Assembly: GCA_020024595.1 (NCBI GenBank)
Contig: JAHHTO010000001.1
Span: 8,348 to 72,347, forward strand
Length of the DNA: 64,000 nt
Source: Schaedlerella sp.
GTDB lineage: Bacteria; Bacillota; Clostridia; Lachnospirales; Lachnospiraceae
Direction of reading: 5' to 3'
Part shown: in pieces, positions 11,951-23,167 of the stretch
Layout of the letters: each line of letters opens with the position of its first letter
How positions within the stretch are numbered: the stretch's first letter is position 1
Translations under genes and position numbers: made by a program
Notes under the pieces: model-generated
Told to the model about the DNA's origin: nothing
The model's input: only the letters and a program-made list of their open reading frames with translations
Databases searched by the model: none

Positions 11951-13081
11951 TTAACCCTGTATCTGCAACAATTTCTGTTTCAGGTCATTCTCCAGTTTCT
12001 GCATCTCAGCTTCCGCGACTCGTCGCTTCTCTCTTCCTTCCTGCTGAATATGCATCACCTCATCCAACGTAGAAATAAGTGACTCGTTTGTTGCTTTCAG
12101 TGTTTCCATATCTACAATACCGCGCTCAGACTCTCTTGCAGTATCCAAGGTTGCCATTTTCAATTTATCAGCGTTTTTCTTCAACAATTCATTCGTCATA
12201 TCCGTCACTTCACGCTGTGCCTCAGCCGCCTGTGCAGAATGCTCTACTCCAAGTGCAAGCACCATCTGACTCTTCCAAAGTGGGATTGTATTGACTACCG
12301 TAGACTGGATTTTTTCCACCATCATTGTATCATTGCTCTGAACAAGGCGAATCTGTGGTGCAGTCTGGATTGAAATCTGACGTGTCAGTTCCAAATCATG
12401 AATCTTTTTTTCAAATCTGGTGCACATAGATTCCAGGTCTCTTGCTGCCTGCGCATCCTCTGCTAGTCCACTTTCCTGTGCTTTTTTCATCAGTTCTGTC
12501 AACTTTGTTGCACGAACCTCTTCCAACTTTTTCTTTCCTGCCATAATGTACATCGTTAGTTCTTTAAAATATGTAAGATTCAATTCGTACATTTTATCCA
12601 AAAGCGCCACATCTTTTAAAAGCTGAACCTGATGATTTTCAAGTACCTTACAGATCTGATTGATATTCGTCTCTGCCTTGGCATATTTTGTCTTCATTGC
12701 AGTAATCTTATTGACTCCCTTTTTGAAGAACCCCAAAAATCCCTTTTCCTCTTCCTCGTCAAAATCTTTCAATTCATGCACTACCCCTGAAAGAAGTTCA
12801 CCGATTTCTCCCATATCCTTTGTACGTACATTTTCCAATGCGGTCTCCGAGAAATCTGCCATCTTCTTCTGAGTACCTGCACCGTACTGTAGAATCATCT
12901 GCGAATCTGTCAAATCAATCTGATTCGCAAACTTCGCCACTACCTGCTTTTCCTCCTCTGACAGCATCTCGTCTTCTACAATCGGTTGTTTCTCGTCTAC
13001 CGGCATTACCGACTGCTTTGCTTCCCGGAACGGCTCAAGCGTTAATGTAGGTGTCTCCAGATCTGCAAATTCATTGTTCAT
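11951..13081 (-). CDS. telA: Toxic anion resistance protein (TelA/YaaN family)
   Basis: ILQYGAGTQ, QTAPQIRLVQ, NTIPLWKSQ; follows an XpaC-like gene. Confidence 0.9.
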   Translation of the reverse strand: MNNEFADLETPTLTLEPFREAKQSVMPVDEKQPIVEDEMLSEEEKQVVAKFANQIDLTDSQMILQYGAGTQKKMADFSETALENVRTKDMGEIGELLSGVVHELKDFDEEEEKGFLGFFKKGVNKITAMKTKYAKAETNINQICKVLENHQVQLLKDVALLDKMYELNLTYFKELTMYIMAGKKKLEEVRATKLTELMKKAQESGLAEDAQAARDLESMCTRFEKKIHDLELTRQISIQTAPQIRLVQSNDTMMVEKIQSTVVNTIPLWKSQMVLALGVEHSAQAAEAQREVTDMTNELLKKNADKLKMATLDTARESERGIVDMETLKATNESLISTLDEVMHIQQEGREKRRVAEAEMQKLENDLKQKLLQIQG

Positions 13082-13175
13082 GTTTATATCCTCCACTTTT
13101 TTATTTTTGTATTACTTTTTCTTTCCCTCTTTTCGTTCTTGTTTTCTGCCACACATATCTTGCGCTTCTATAAAT

Positions 13176-14522
13176 TTACGAAGTTTGCTTATTGATACCA
13201 TCCTCAGTCAATCCTTCCTGTGCCAGCATTGTATGCAACACAGAAATATCCGATGACACATCCCACGCTGTATCCTGGAATAGACTATCCAGTAACTTCT
13301 CAAATGCAACATTTAATGTATCCAATGTTTGTTCTATCTCTCTTTTCGAAGAGTTGATATTCTCCCCCTGTACTGACTGACGATCCAAATCTTCATATGC
13401 CTTCAGAAGCTTTACCGTAGTCGGAAGATAGTACTCCATCATTCTGCGTAGATCTGAAACAATATTGGGACTCTGCTCTACTCGGTCAAATATCTCGTCC
13501 ACCAACACTTCAATCCTAGAAATTTTAGCAGATATTTCTTCTCCCGGAATCGCATCATTACAAGCTCGAATTTTACGAATGTATTCTTCTCCTGTCTGCA
13601 CTATTTCGCGTACTTCTGGTGGTAGATTTGGATTTCCCTGTGCTGCTTCTTCCCGCTCTTTTTTCTTCTTCTCCTGCTCACGAACTTTCTGCTTTTGCTC
13701 GCGTTCTTCCATTTTTACTCGATTCATCAAGTCTGTATATTGCTGATATGCCTTATCTGTAATCATCAGACAGGTCTTCTTAGAATCAAGATGCCCTTCC
13801 TTAAACCACCCTTTCTGAATCATCGTCTCCAAATCATGTACAATAAACTTCTTCTGTTTTCCAATCTGGTCCTGTAATTCCTTAATATCGCAATATTCCC
13901 GGCCTCCTAGCGCCTGTATGTAAGAGCGAAATCTGCGCACTTTTCCCAACATCCGTGTTCCGACCACAGCCATACTTCCAAAGATTACCAGCGGCATTCC
14001 CGTAAGCACCACGCCTCCCCAGAAGCCTACGCCGAAATTGCCTTCAAGCATTCCAACCACAAGTACCACAAACATTGCGATCACTGAGATTCCACCAATT
14101 CCGTATCCCGCAACAGTAAGGGTTGCTCCTCCGATCTTGGTTGGCGTCGTCATTCCATACAACGCCGGAGTTCCTGTTTTGTATGCCAGACTTCCGGCGG
14201 CACTTCGGTAATCTTCCCCCTGATACCGATATCCTCCACCATCCGGAGAAGCAGTTCCCTGTGTCTGCTGTCTATGCTTTGCTTCTTCCTGTATACGCTG
14301 TGATCCTTCCTGATGTCTCCTTGCCGCTTTTTCCTGCTGCATCCGCATATTTTCATTGACACTATCGCCTACATTACGCATTGTATGCGATAAATAGTCC
14401 ACCGCACCGTTCACAGTATCTGAAATCGTCCGGTTTAACATACTATAATCCTGTGAGTCAATTGCATTCTGTACATTTCTACGAATTTCCTCACCAAATT
14501 TTTCCCATTCACGGTTTCCCAT
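13176..14522 (-). CDS. 5-bromo-4-chloroindolyl phosphate hydrolysis (XpaC-like) family membrane protein
   Basis: Two TM helices; C-terminal EYYLPTTVKLL...DVSSDISVL; synteny with telA. Confidence 0.8.
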   Translation of the reverse strand: MGNREWEKFGEEIRRNVQNAIDSQDYSMLNRTISDTVNGAVDYLSHTMRNVGDSVNENMRMQQEKAARRHQEGSQRIQEEAKHRQQTQGTASPDGGGYRYQGEDYRSAAGSLAYKTGTPALYGMTTPTKIGGATLTVAGYGIGGISVIAMFVVLVVGMLEGNFGVGFWGGVVLTGMPLVIFGSMAVVGTRMLGKVRRFRSYIQALGGREYCDIKELQDQIGKQKKFIVHDLETMIQKGWFKEGHLDSKKTCLMITDKAYQQYTDLMNRVKMEEREQKQKVREQEKKKKEREEAAQGNPNLPPEVREIVQTGEEYIRKIRACNDAIPGEEISAKISRIEVLVDEIFDRVEQSPNIVSDLRRMMEYYLPTTVKLLKAYEDLDRQSVQGENINSSKREIEQTLDTLNVAFEKLLDSLFQDTAWDVSSDISVLHTMLAQEGLTEDGINKQTS

Positions 14523-14632
14523 TCCGACCTCTCACTTTCTTTTACTTGACCTCATAAGTCTTTTATATGATAATCAGTTTAGCCAGATTTCCAGCAAAAG
14601 TCAAGATTATCATCACGAAGGAGATGCATTTT

Positions 14633-15268
14633 ATGAAATTAAATATTTTATACGAAGACAACGAAATTATTATCTGTATAAAACCTGCCGGTATTGCCGT
14701 TCAAAACAACAATATCAGTGCTCCAGACATGGTCAGTCTTCTCAAAAATCACCTGCATAAATCCGCTCCAAATAAACAGCCTTATCTTGCTGTCATCCAT
14801 CGTCTGGACCAGCCGGTAACAGGCATCCTTGTATTTGCCAAAACCAAAAATGCTGCTGCCGGACTGAACCGCCAACTGACGTCCGCCTGCTTCGGTAAAC
14901 ATTATCTTGCACATCTATCTCAGGTACCAGATATTGATGAAGCAGATTTAACAGATTACATGATTAGAGACGGACGCACCAACACCTCCCGCATCTGTGC
15001 CAAAGATGTTCCGGGCGCAAAGGAAGCACGACTGCACTACAAGATCATCAAAAAAGACGACTTGACTGCTATTGCTGACATCTCGCTGGATACCGGGCGG
15101 CATCACCAGATTCGTGTTCAAATGGCTCACCTGGGCTGTCCGATTCTTGGAGACATCAAATACGGCGGTCCCGCCTCCGAACAATTACAATTATTTGCCT
15201 ACCGTCTCACATTCAAACATCCCATCACGAATAAAGATTTGGACTTTGTATTAGAGGTTCCATTGTAA
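14633..15268 (+). CDS. RluA-family RNA pseudouridine synthase
   Basis: ILYED, KPAG, IHRLD, TGRHHQIRVQ, ILGDIKYG. Confidence 0.93.
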   Translation: MKLNILYEDNEIIICIKPAGIAVQNNNISAPDMVSLLKNHLHKSAPNKQPYLAVIHRLDQPVTGILVFAKTKNAAAGLNRQLTSACFGKHYLAHLSQVPDIDEADLTDYMIRDGRTNTSRICAKDVPGAKEARLHYKIIKKDDLTAIADISLDTGRHHQIRVQMAHLGCPILGDIKYGGPASEQLQLFAYRLTFKHPITNKDLDFVLEVPL

Positions 15269-15331
15269 AATATTTGCAACATAAAACAGGCACTCGGAAT
15301 CCACGATTCCGGGTGCCTGCATATTTCTCAA

Positions 15332-15619
15332 CTACATTACTTCTGTTTCTAAATCTGACTCTTCTAATAATATGGTATTATATTTTTCCAAAATAGTACT
15401 CTGAATCCTTTCTCTCGTATCAGAATTGATCGGATGTGCTATATCACGATATTCTCCATCCAATGCCTTTTTACTTGGCATCGCAATGAATAATCCCTTT
15501 TCTCCTTCTATTACCTTGATATCATGAACAACAAATTCATCATCAATTGTGATTGATACCACAGCTTTCAGTTTTCCTTCTTTCGCCACCTTACGTACTC
15601 GTACATCTGTAATTCTCAT
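15332..15619 (-). CDS. spoVG: Septation regulator SpoVG
   Basis: [34 protein letters not shown]. Confidence 0.97.
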   Translation of the reverse strand: MRITDVRVRKVAKEGKLKAVVSITIDDEFVVHDIKVIEGEKGLFIAMPSKKALDGEYRDIAHPINSDTRERIQSTILEKYNTILLEESDLETEVM

Positions 15620-15664
15620 TTGTCTAGTCTCCTTTCGCTGTCGCCCTTTCTTTCCTGGTAAACT

Positions 15665-16783
15665 CTACAGTGCATACCTGTCACTTTTTTCAATTACTAC
15701 TCTGATCCCACTCTCTCCGATATATCTTGCATTCGCCCGAATCGTATCTCTGCTTTCCACAATACAATTCTCTATATATACATTATCTCCAAGATATACA
15801 TCATTTAAGATAATGGAGTTCTTTATCACACAATTATTTCCCACAAACACTTTCTTATGGATAACAGAGTTTTCAACTGTTCCATTGATGATACTTCCGC
15901 TCCCTATCAGACTATTCTTGACAATGGCTCCTGGATTATATTTTGCAGGCGGCTGATCGCTTACCTTGGAATATACTTGTGGAAGCTCTTTGAAGAAATA
16001 ATTTCTTACTTCCGGTTTCAGGAAATCCATGTTTGTTTTGTAATACGCATCCACCGTTGCAATGTTACTCCAGTAGCTTTTCAGCTTATATCCGTAAATC
16101 TTTTTCAGATTCTTATAACGGATCAGGATATCACTGACTAAATCATATCTTCCTTCATCCTGGCTGCGTTCAACCAAATCAATCAAAAGTCTTCTGCGTA
16201 TGATGTAAATACCTGTAGATATCGTCTGCGAATGAGAAACCATCGGTTTTTCTTCAAATTCCTCAATCCGAGATGCCTCATTCATCCGAACTGTTCCAAA
16301 CCTGGTTGCATCTTCATGATCCGAAAGATCTTTTACAACGACTGTAATATCTGCTCTCTTCGCAATATGATACTCTAACACTTTATTATAATCTATCTTA
16401 TACACCGCATCTCCTGATGCAATAATCACATAAGGCTCATGACACTTTTTCAAAAAATCCAGATTCTGATAAATAGCATCTGCTGTCCCTCTGTACCAAT
16501 ATCCATTATCCGATGTGATCACCGGAGTAAAGACATAAAGTCCTCCCTGTTTTCTTCCAAAATCCCACCATTTAGACGAATTCAGGTGTTCATTCAGCGA
16601 ACGTGCATTGTACTGTGTCAATACTGCTACTTTCTGAATATGAGAATTTGTCATATTGCTCAGTGTAAAATCAATCGCCCTGTAGCTGGATGCAACCGGC
16701 ATAGCCGCAACTGCACGTTTTGTTGTCAGTTCCTGCATCCGTCTGTTATTGCCTCCTGCCAGAATGATACCAACCGCTCTCAT
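15665..16783 (-). CDS. glgD: ADP-glucose pyrophosphorylase subunit GlgD (copy 1)
   Basis: [11 protein letters not shown]; degenerate catalytic loop; ATGA overlap with glgC. Confidence 0.9.
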   Translation of the reverse strand: MRAVGIILAGGNNRRMQELTTKRAVAAMPVASSYRAIDFTLSNMTNSHIQKVAVLTQYNARSLNEHLNSSKWWDFGRKQGGLYVFTPVITSDNGYWYRGTADAIYQNLDFLKKCHEPYVIIASGDAVYKIDYNKVLEYHIAKRADITVVVKDLSDHEDATRFGTVRMNEASRIEEFEEKPMVSHSQTISTGIYIIRRRLLIDLVERSQDEGRYDLVSDILIRYKNLKKIYGYKLKSYWSNIATVDAYYKTNMDFLKPEVRNYFFKELPQVYSKVSDQPPAKYNPGAIVKNSLIGSGSIINGTVENSVIHKKVFVGNNCVIKNSIILNDVYLGDNVYIENCIVESRDTIRANARYIGESGIRVVIEKSDRYAL

Positions 16784-18054
16784 CTCCAATCACCTGCCTT
16801 TATCAATGTCTCTCCTCCTGCAAGCATTCCATCTCTGTAATCTTCATTGAATGTTTCGCCACTAATAGCAGTGTTCTTTCCAATCTGTACATCCGATGGT
16901 ATCCTGGAGTTCTCTCCGATCGTCACCAGCCCTCCGCTATATATATTCGGCTTGAGCTGATTCGGTACTTCGGCACCGATTCCAATAACAACATTATTGC
17001 CAATCACCGTATTCTCCGCAATGATCGCTTTTTCAATCACACAGTTTTCTCCAATCGTCACGTTCCTCATGATAATAGAATCCCGAACCACGCTTCCTTT
17101 CCCGATTGTAATTCCTGCTCCGAGCACAGAACTGTGTACTTCGCCATACACTTCTGTCCCATTACTGATAATGCAACGATCTACTACCCCTTGTTCTGAA
17201 ATATACTGCGGTGGAAGATTCGCACTATTGGTATAAATTTTCCAAAATTCTTCATATAGATTAAACTCTGGGATAATATCGATCAATTCCATATTTGCTT
17301 CCCAGTATGAGTTCAAAGTGCCTACATCTTTCCAGTATCCATTGTATTCATATGCAAATAATCGCTGACCTTTTGAGTGACAGTATGGGATAATATGCTT
17401 CCCGAAATCACAATTTGGTTGACCGGAAAGCTGAATCAATGCATCCTTTAATACCGGCCAACTGAATATGTAAATCCCCATAGAAGCAAGATTGCTGCTG
17501 GGTTTCTCTGGTTTCTCCTCAAATTCTCGAATCTCGTTCTCCGAATCTGTCACCACAATCCCAAAACGATTGGCCTCTTCCATAGGCACCGGCATTGCCG
17601 CGATCGTTACATCCGCCTTTTTTGCTTTATGAAAATCCAGCATTACCTCATAATCCATTTTGTAAATGTGGTCTCCTGAAAGAATCAACACGTAATCTGG
17701 ATTGAATCCCTGTATATAGTCCAGATTCTGGTAAATCGCATTCGCTGTTCCGGTATACCACTCACTATTCGTACTCTTCTCATATGGAGGGAGGATAGAT
17801 ACACCTCCTACATTGCGGTCCAAATCCCACGGAATCCCTATTCCGATATGTGTGTTCAATCGTAATGGCTGATATTGTGTCAGCACACCGACAGTATCTA
17901 CTCCCGAATTAATGCAGTTACTGAGTGGGAAATCGATAATCCGGTACTTCCCGCCAAAAGCCACAGCAGGCTTCGCCACCTTCGCAGTCAGAACCCCCAA
18001 CCGACTGCCTTGTCCACCTGCAAGCAGCATGGCAATCATTTCCTTCTTAACCAT
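16780..18054 (-). CDS. glgC: Glucose-1-phosphate adenylyltransferase GlgC (copy 1)
   Basis: [35 protein letters not shown]. Confidence 0.96.
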   Translation of the reverse strand: MVKKEMIAMLLAGGQGSRLGVLTAKVAKPAVAFGGKYRIIDFPLSNCINSGVDTVGVLTQYQPLRLNTHIGIGIPWDLDRNVGGVSILPPYEKSTNSEWYTGTANAIYQNLDYIQGFNPDYVLILSGDHIYKMDYEVMLDFHKAKKADVTIAAMPVPMEEANRFGIVVTDSENEIREFEEKPEKPSSNLASMGIYIFSWPVLKDALIQLSGQPNCDFGKHIIPYCHSKGQRLFAYEYNGYWKDVGTLNSYWEANMELIDIIPEFNLYEEFWKIYTNSANLPPQYISEQGVVDRCIISNGTEVYGEVHSSVLGAGITIGKGSVVRDSIIMRNVTIGENCVIEKAIIAENTVIGNNVVIGIGAEVPNQLKPNIYSGGLVTIGENSRIPSDVQIGKNTAISGETFNEDYRDGMLAGGETLIKAGDWR

Positions 18055-18265
18055 GATGTCACCCCTTTTCTAGTTGAATAAACTTATTATACCATATTTT
18101 TTAAATATGTGAATATATTTCACAAATCTTTAGTTAAAATTCTTCTCTTTTTGTTTATATTATACAAAAAGAACTTCTTTCATTTTTTCTCATATATAGT
18201 ATAATATACTTAGCAAACTTCAATTATGACTGAATTTGAAAATTTTCAAAAGAAGGGACACATTT

Positions 18266-19642
18266 ATGTATAAAATTGACTTTCAAAAACCAATTCACAT
18301 TCACTTTATCGGCATCGGCGGTATCAGTATGAGCGGTCTTGCAGAGATTCTTTTAGAAGAGAATTTTAAAGTATCCGGTTCAGATGCGAAGGAATCTCCT
18401 CTCACAAAAAAACTGGAACAGCTTGGTGCTACTATTTTTTATGGTCAGAAAGCTTCCAATATTATTGACGGAATCGACTGTGTTGTGTATACCGCAGCAA
18501 TCAACCGTGAAAATGCGGAGCTGATTGAAGCTGTCGCCAAAAAGATTCCAATGTTGACCCGTGCTGAACTTCTGGGGCAACTTATGAAAAATTACAAAAC
18601 TCCGATCGCTGTATCGGGAACTCACGGAAAGACAACTACCACATCCATGCTCTCCCACATCTTACTTGCAGGTGACCTGGATCCAACAATCTCTGTCGGC
18701 GGCATTCTTCAGGCGATCGGCGGTAACATCCGAGTGGGTCATTCCGAAATATTTATTACAGAAGCATGCGAATACACCAACAGCTTCCTGAACTTTTTCC
18801 CAAAAATCGGTATCATATTAAATATAGAAGAAGACCATCTGGACTTCTTTAAAGATTTGGAAGATATCCGGCATTCTTTCCATCAGTTTGCAGCTCTGCT
18901 TCCTGCTGACGGAGTATTGATTATCAATGGGGATATCAAAGACTATAAGGAACTCTGCGAGGGACTTGACTGTAAGATTTTGACCTGTGGTTCTTCTTCT
19001 GATTTCGACTACAGTGCCAAGAACATCAGCTTTGATGAAAAAGGGCTTGCTTCCTTTGATTTGATTAAATCTGGAAAAAACACGGAACACATTGTACTGT
19101 CCGTACCAGGATGCCATAATGTATCCAATGCCCTGACTTCCATTGCGGCAGCAGAATACCTTGGCATTCCGATGAATACGATCAAGGCCGGACTTCTTGC
19201 CTTTACCGGAACCGATCGCAGATTTGAATATAAAGGTACTCTGAACGGTGTTACCATCATCGACGACTATGCACATCACCCAACAGAAATACTAGCGACG
19301 CTGAATGCAGCAAAAAATTATCCACATAATGAACTGTGGTGTATCTTCCAGCCACATACGTACACAAGAACAAAAGCATTTTTCCACGAATTTGCAGAAG
19401 TACTTTCTCAGGCAGATCATCTCATACTTGCTGATATTTACGCAGCCCGTGAGACAGATACCCTTGGTGTTTCCTCCAAGTCACTGGCAGAAGAAGCAGC
19501 CCGCCTTGGAACCGATGCATACTATTTCCAAAGTTTTAAAGAAATTGAAGCTTTTGTAAAAGAGAATTGTTCTTCTGGAGATTTGTTGATAACTATGGGT
19601 GCCGGAGATGTTGTAAACATTGGAGAAGACTTGCTGAAATAA
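18266..19642 (+). CDS. murC: UDP-N-acetylmuramate--L-alanine ligase
   Basis: IHFIGIGGISMSGLA, GTHGKTTT, DDYAHHPTEI, FQPHTYTRT. Confidence 0.97.
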   Translation: MYKIDFQKPIHIHFIGIGGISMSGLAEILLEENFKVSGSDAKESPLTKKLEQLGATIFYGQKASNIIDGIDCVVYTAAINRENAELIEAVAKKIPMLTRAELLGQLMKNYKTPIAVSGTHGKTTTTSMLSHILLAGDLDPTISVGGILQAIGGNIRVGHSEIFITEACEYTNSFLNFFPKIGIILNIEEDHLDFFKDLEDIRHSFHQFAALLPADGVLIINGDIKDYKELCEGLDCKILTCGSSSDFDYSAKNISFDEKGLASFDLIKSGKNTEHIVLSVPGCHNVSNALTSIAAAEYLGIPMNTIKAGLLAFTGTDRRFEYKGTLNGVTIIDDYAHHPTEILATLNAAKNYPHNELWCIFQPHTYTRTKAFFHEFAEVLSQADHLILADIYAARETDTLGVSSKSLAEEAARLGTDAYYFQSFKEIEAFVKENCSSGDLLITMGAGDVVNIGEDLLK

Positions 19643-19645
19643 AAG

Positions 19646-19735
19646 TTATTCACATTTTCCACACAGAGTTATCTACAAAAAACCTGCTCTTTCCACAAAA
19701 AAGTGCTTTGTATTAATAGTTTTAGATGCTATAAT
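19646..19735 (+). promoter_or_regulatory. Four DnaA-box-like 9-mers followed by a sigmaA promoter for dnaD-dnaC-prs
   Basis: TTATTCACA 19646, TTTTCCACA 19655, TTATCTACA 19669, CTTTCCACA 19689; TTGTAT-16-TATAAT with extended TG. Confidence 0.65.
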
Positions 19736-19783
19736 ACCTTTACGCAACAAGAACAATGAAGCATTAAGGGCAGGAACAAGATT

Positions 19784-20857
19784 ATGAAAACATTAAAATT
19801 AAAGAATAAATATCAGACAAATGCAACTTTGGTTTCCAATGATTTTATCGATTGTTATATGAGTAAGGCAAATGGTGAATTTGTGAAAGTTTATCTTTTT
19901 TTACTAAGACACCTGAATGTTCCTTGTCCTGCACTTACTATTTCCATGATTGCAGATTGTCTGGATCATACAGAACGGGATGTATTACGAGCATTTCGTT
20001 ATTGGGAATCAGAAGGTTTGTTAAGTTTGGAAAAGGATGCTGACGGTAAGATTTCAGGTCTTGCATTAGAGCAGGTGTGTTCCGACACTTCTTGTTCACA
20101 AACCAGTACAATTTCTACAGAGTTTTCAGATTCTTCTGCTTCTCAAGAAATCTCTGATGTTTCTTTTGAACAAACTGTTGAAACGCCTGCTTCCAAGGCG
20201 ATTCCTCTCAGTTCTTTTAAAGCTCAAAAGGAATTAAAGTCCCTGCTCTTTATCGCAGAGCAGTATCTTGGCAAAACATTGTCCAAAACTGATATGGATA
20301 CCATTACATATTTTTATGACACATTGGAGATGCCTGCTGATTTAATTGAATATCTAATTGAGTCCTGCGTCGAAAACGGGCACAAAAGTATTCATTATAT
20401 TCAAAAGATTGCCCTTTCCTGGTATGACGAGGGCATCCGAAGTGTCAAGCAGGCTCGACTTCATTCCAATACCTATAATAAAAACTGTTATACCGTATTA
20501 AATGCATTCGGTATCAAAAACCGCGGTGCTGCTGATACGGAACTCAATTTCATTCGAAAATGGACTGAAGATTTTGGTTTTACACTGGATATCATTCAGG
20601 AAGCCTGTAACAGAACTATTATGGCAACCCATCAACCCAGCTTTGAATATGCTGATACAATTTTGCAAAACTGGCAACAAGCAGGAGTTCATACATTGAG
20701 TGATATCTCCACTCTTGATACAGCTTTTCAGAAAGAAAAAGTTTCTAAAAAATCAGCTGTGTCCCGTTCAAAATCACCATCTAGAAATTCAAATAATTTT
20801 GAACGACGTTCCTATGATATGGACTCTCTGGAAGAACGATTATTAAATAGTAATTAA
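19784..20857 (+). CDS. dnaD: DnaD/DnaB_2 domain replication protein
   Basis: NDFIDCYMSKANGEFVKVYL; two YIxxIxxxW-type domains; adjacent to the loader ATPase. Confidence 0.85.
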   Translation: MKTLKLKNKYQTNATLVSNDFIDCYMSKANGEFVKVYLFLLRHLNVPCPALTISMIADCLDHTERDVLRAFRYWESEGLLSLEKDADGKISGLALEQVCSDTSCSQTSTISTEFSDSSASQEISDVSFEQTVETPASKAIPLSSFKAQKELKSLLFIAEQYLGKTLSKTDMDTITYFYDTLEMPADLIEYLIESCVENGHKSIHYIQKIALSWYDEGIRSVKQARLHSNTYNKNCYTVLNAFGIKNRGAADTELNFIRKWTEDFGFTLDIIQEACNRTIMATHQPSFEYADTILQNWQQAGVHTLSDISTLDTAFQKEKVSKKSAVSRSKSPSRNSNNFERRSYDMDSLEERLLNSN

Positions 20858-20870
20858 AGGAGTTTTTCCC

Positions 20871-21872
20871 GTGAGGTTAAAAAATTCACAATATCAGGCA
20901 ATCATGCGGAGCTATGAACAGAAACAGCTTAAAAGCAATGACATTCTAAACAGACATTTCGAGGAAGTATACAAACAACTCCCGGAGTTCAAAACTCTGG
21001 ATGAATCTATTTCTATTCTTTCCGTTCAATATGGAAAAAAACTTTTAAACGGTGATGACAGCGCTGTTGCTTCTCTAAAAAAAGAACTTGCAATTCTGAG
21101 AAGCCGCAAAGAGGAACTTTTAAAATCCGCCGGTTTTCCGGCAAAATATCTGGAACCGGTCTATGAATGTAACGATTGTAAAGATACCGGTTATATCAAT
21201 GGTCAAAAGTGTCATTGTTTCAAAAAGGCTGTCAGTAAGCTTCTATATAGCCAGTCAAATCTTTCCGAAGTTCTTTCACTTGAAAATTTTGACACCTTTT
21301 CAACAGATTATTACTCCGAAAACTTTATCGATCCCAAATCCGGGCGTTCTGCCAGAGAGGTGATCGAAGAAGCTTACCGAGTTTGTCTCGAATTTGCCCA
21401 GACATTCGGAACAGAATACAACAACTTATTTCTTTACGGAGATGTAGGCGTTGGCAAAACATTTCTTTCCAATTGCATAGCCCAAAACCTGATTGAAGCA
21501 GGATTTTCAGTTCTATATTTTTCTGCCCCTGCTCTCTTCAATACACTTGCCCATCATGCATTTGATAAAAATGATGCAGATGCACATAATATGCATGAGT
21601 TTATCTATGACTGTGATTTATTAATTATTGATGATCTTGGAACAGAATATACAAATTCGTTTGTTTCCTCGCAGTTTTTTTCCTGCATTAACGAACGATT
21701 ACTCAACAGACATTCCACTGTCATTTCAACAAATCTATCTCTAGACGCATTAGCCGATTTATATACAGAGCGACTATTTTCCAGAATTACAAGTAACTAT
21801 ATCTTACTTAAAATCATTGGTGACGATATACGAATCAAAAAGAAATTACAAAACAGGGAGGACGAATTATAA
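20871..21872 (+). CDS. dnaC: DnaC/DnaI-like helicase loader ATPase
   Basis: Zn motif CNDCKDTG...CHC; Walker A GDVGVGKT; Walker B LLIIDDLG; ISTNL. Confidence 0.88.
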   Translation: MRLKNSQYQAIMRSYEQKQLKSNDILNRHFEEVYKQLPEFKTLDESISILSVQYGKKLLNGDDSAVASLKKELAILRSRKEELLKSAGFPAKYLEPVYECNDCKDTGYINGQKCHCFKKAVSKLLYSQSNLSEVLSLENFDTFSTDYYSENFIDPKSGRSAREVIEEAYRVCLEFAQTFGTEYNNLFLYGDVGVGKTFLSNCIAQNLIEAGFSVLYFSAPALFNTLAHHAFDKNDADAHNMHEFIYDCDLLIIDDLGTEYTNSFVSSQFFSCINERLLNRHSTVISTNLSLDALADLYTERLFSRITSNYILLKIIGDDIRIKKKLQNREDEL

Positions 21873-23056
21873 TGCTGCGAAGAAGCGAACGAAACTTAGA
21901 AAATATTCCGGTAGGTGCATTGGGATTGATTCCCATTACCGGATGTGAGGAACTTGGTGCAAAAGTCAATGACTACCTTGTAAAATGGAGAAAAGAAAGT
22001 GCACATCAGTATAAAGATGATGTTGTGTTTAATGGATATGTACAAGATACTTTCATTATTGATTCAAAAGTTCCTCGTTTTGGTTCCGGAGAAGCAAAAG
22101 GACTGATCAGTGAATCTGTCCGCGGAAAAGATATTTATCTTATGGTGGATGTCCTAAACTACAATATTACTTATTCGCTTTCCGGTAATATCAATCACAT
22201 GTCACCAGATGACCATTTCCAGAACTTAAAGCGTATTATTGCAGCGGTCGGCGGAAAGGGCAGAAGAATTAACATTATCATGCCATTTTTGTATGAAAGC
22301 CGTCAGCATAAGCGCAGCGGTCGCGAATCCTTGGACTGTGCCCTTGCACTTCAAGAACTGGTTCGTATGGGAGTAGATAACATCATCACATTCGACGCAC
22401 ATGATCCACGTGTACAAAACGCCATTCCTTTGAATGGATTCGAGACTGTGACACCTGCATACCAATTTGTCAAAGCACTCCTTCATCGCGTCAAGGATTT
22501 ACAGATTGACAGCGATCACATGATGATAATCAGCCCGGATGAAGGTGCTACCGCCCGTGCAATCTACCTTGCCAATGTACTTGGACTGGACATGGGTATG
22601 TTCTATAAACGCCGCGACTATACTCGTATTGTCGATGGGCGTAACCCTATCGTAGCTCATGAATTCCTGGGAAGTTCTGTAGAAGGAAAGGATGTTATCA
22701 TTATCGATGACATGATTTCCTCTGGTGACAGCATCCTTGATGTTGCAAAACAGTTGAAACAACGCAAAGCGAGAAGAATCTATGCTGCTGCAACATTCGG
22801 CCTATTTACCAATGGGATGGAGAAATTTGACCAAGCTTATGAAGATGGTATTCTGAACGGCATCCTGACCACGAACCTGATTTACCAGACCCCGACTCTT
22901 CTATCCAAACCATACTATATCAATTGTGACATGAGTAAATATATTGCATTACTGATTGATACACTGAACCACGACGGCTCCATTAGCACAATTCTGAATC
23001 CAAGTGAACGTATTCAGCATGTGGTAGAAAAATACAAAAATGGAAAAGAAATATAA
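21872..23056 (+). CDS. prs: Ribose-phosphate pyrophosphokinase
   Basis: FGSGE, MPFLYESRQH, SPDEG, IIDDMISSGDS. Confidence 0.93.
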   Translation: MLRRSERNLENIPVGALGLIPITGCEELGAKVNDYLVKWRKESAHQYKDDVVFNGYVQDTFIIDSKVPRFGSGEAKGLISESVRGKDIYLMVDVLNYNITYSLSGNINHMSPDDHFQNLKRIIAAVGGKGRRINIIMPFLYESRQHKRSGRESLDCALALQELVRMGVDNIITFDAHDPRVQNAIPLNGFETVTPAYQFVKALLHRVKDLQIDSDHMMIISPDEGATARAIYLANVLGLDMGMFYKRRDYTRIVDGRNPIVAHEFLGSSVEGKDVIIIDDMISSGDSILDVAKQLKQRKARRIYAAATFGLFTNGMEKFDQAYEDGILNGILTTNLIYQTPTLLSKPYYINCDMSKYIALLIDTLNHDGSISTILNPSERIQHVVEKYKNGKEI

Positions 23057-23111
23057 AAATTAATTTTTAATTCTAGATTCTTAGAAAACAGGAAAGTTCC
23101 TGGCTAGGTTC

Positions 23112-23167
23112 TGTACTAAAACGACCCCCAAAGTTAGACTTCGCTTCTAACTTTTGGGGGTCGGTAC
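23112..23167. repeat. IS3/IS150-like terminal inverted repeat pair (miniature element) nested in a terminator-like hairpin
   Basis: CGACCCCCAAAGTTAGA / TCTAACTTTTGGGGGTCG flanked by GTAC, inside outer arms AGTTCCTGGCTA (23095) / TAGCCAGGAACT (23178). Confidence 0.6.

Noticed and set aside
19646..19700. Replication origin at the DnaA-box cluster
   Set aside because: Only four imperfect boxes, with no dnaA/dnaN and no evident unwinding element; treated as regulatory.
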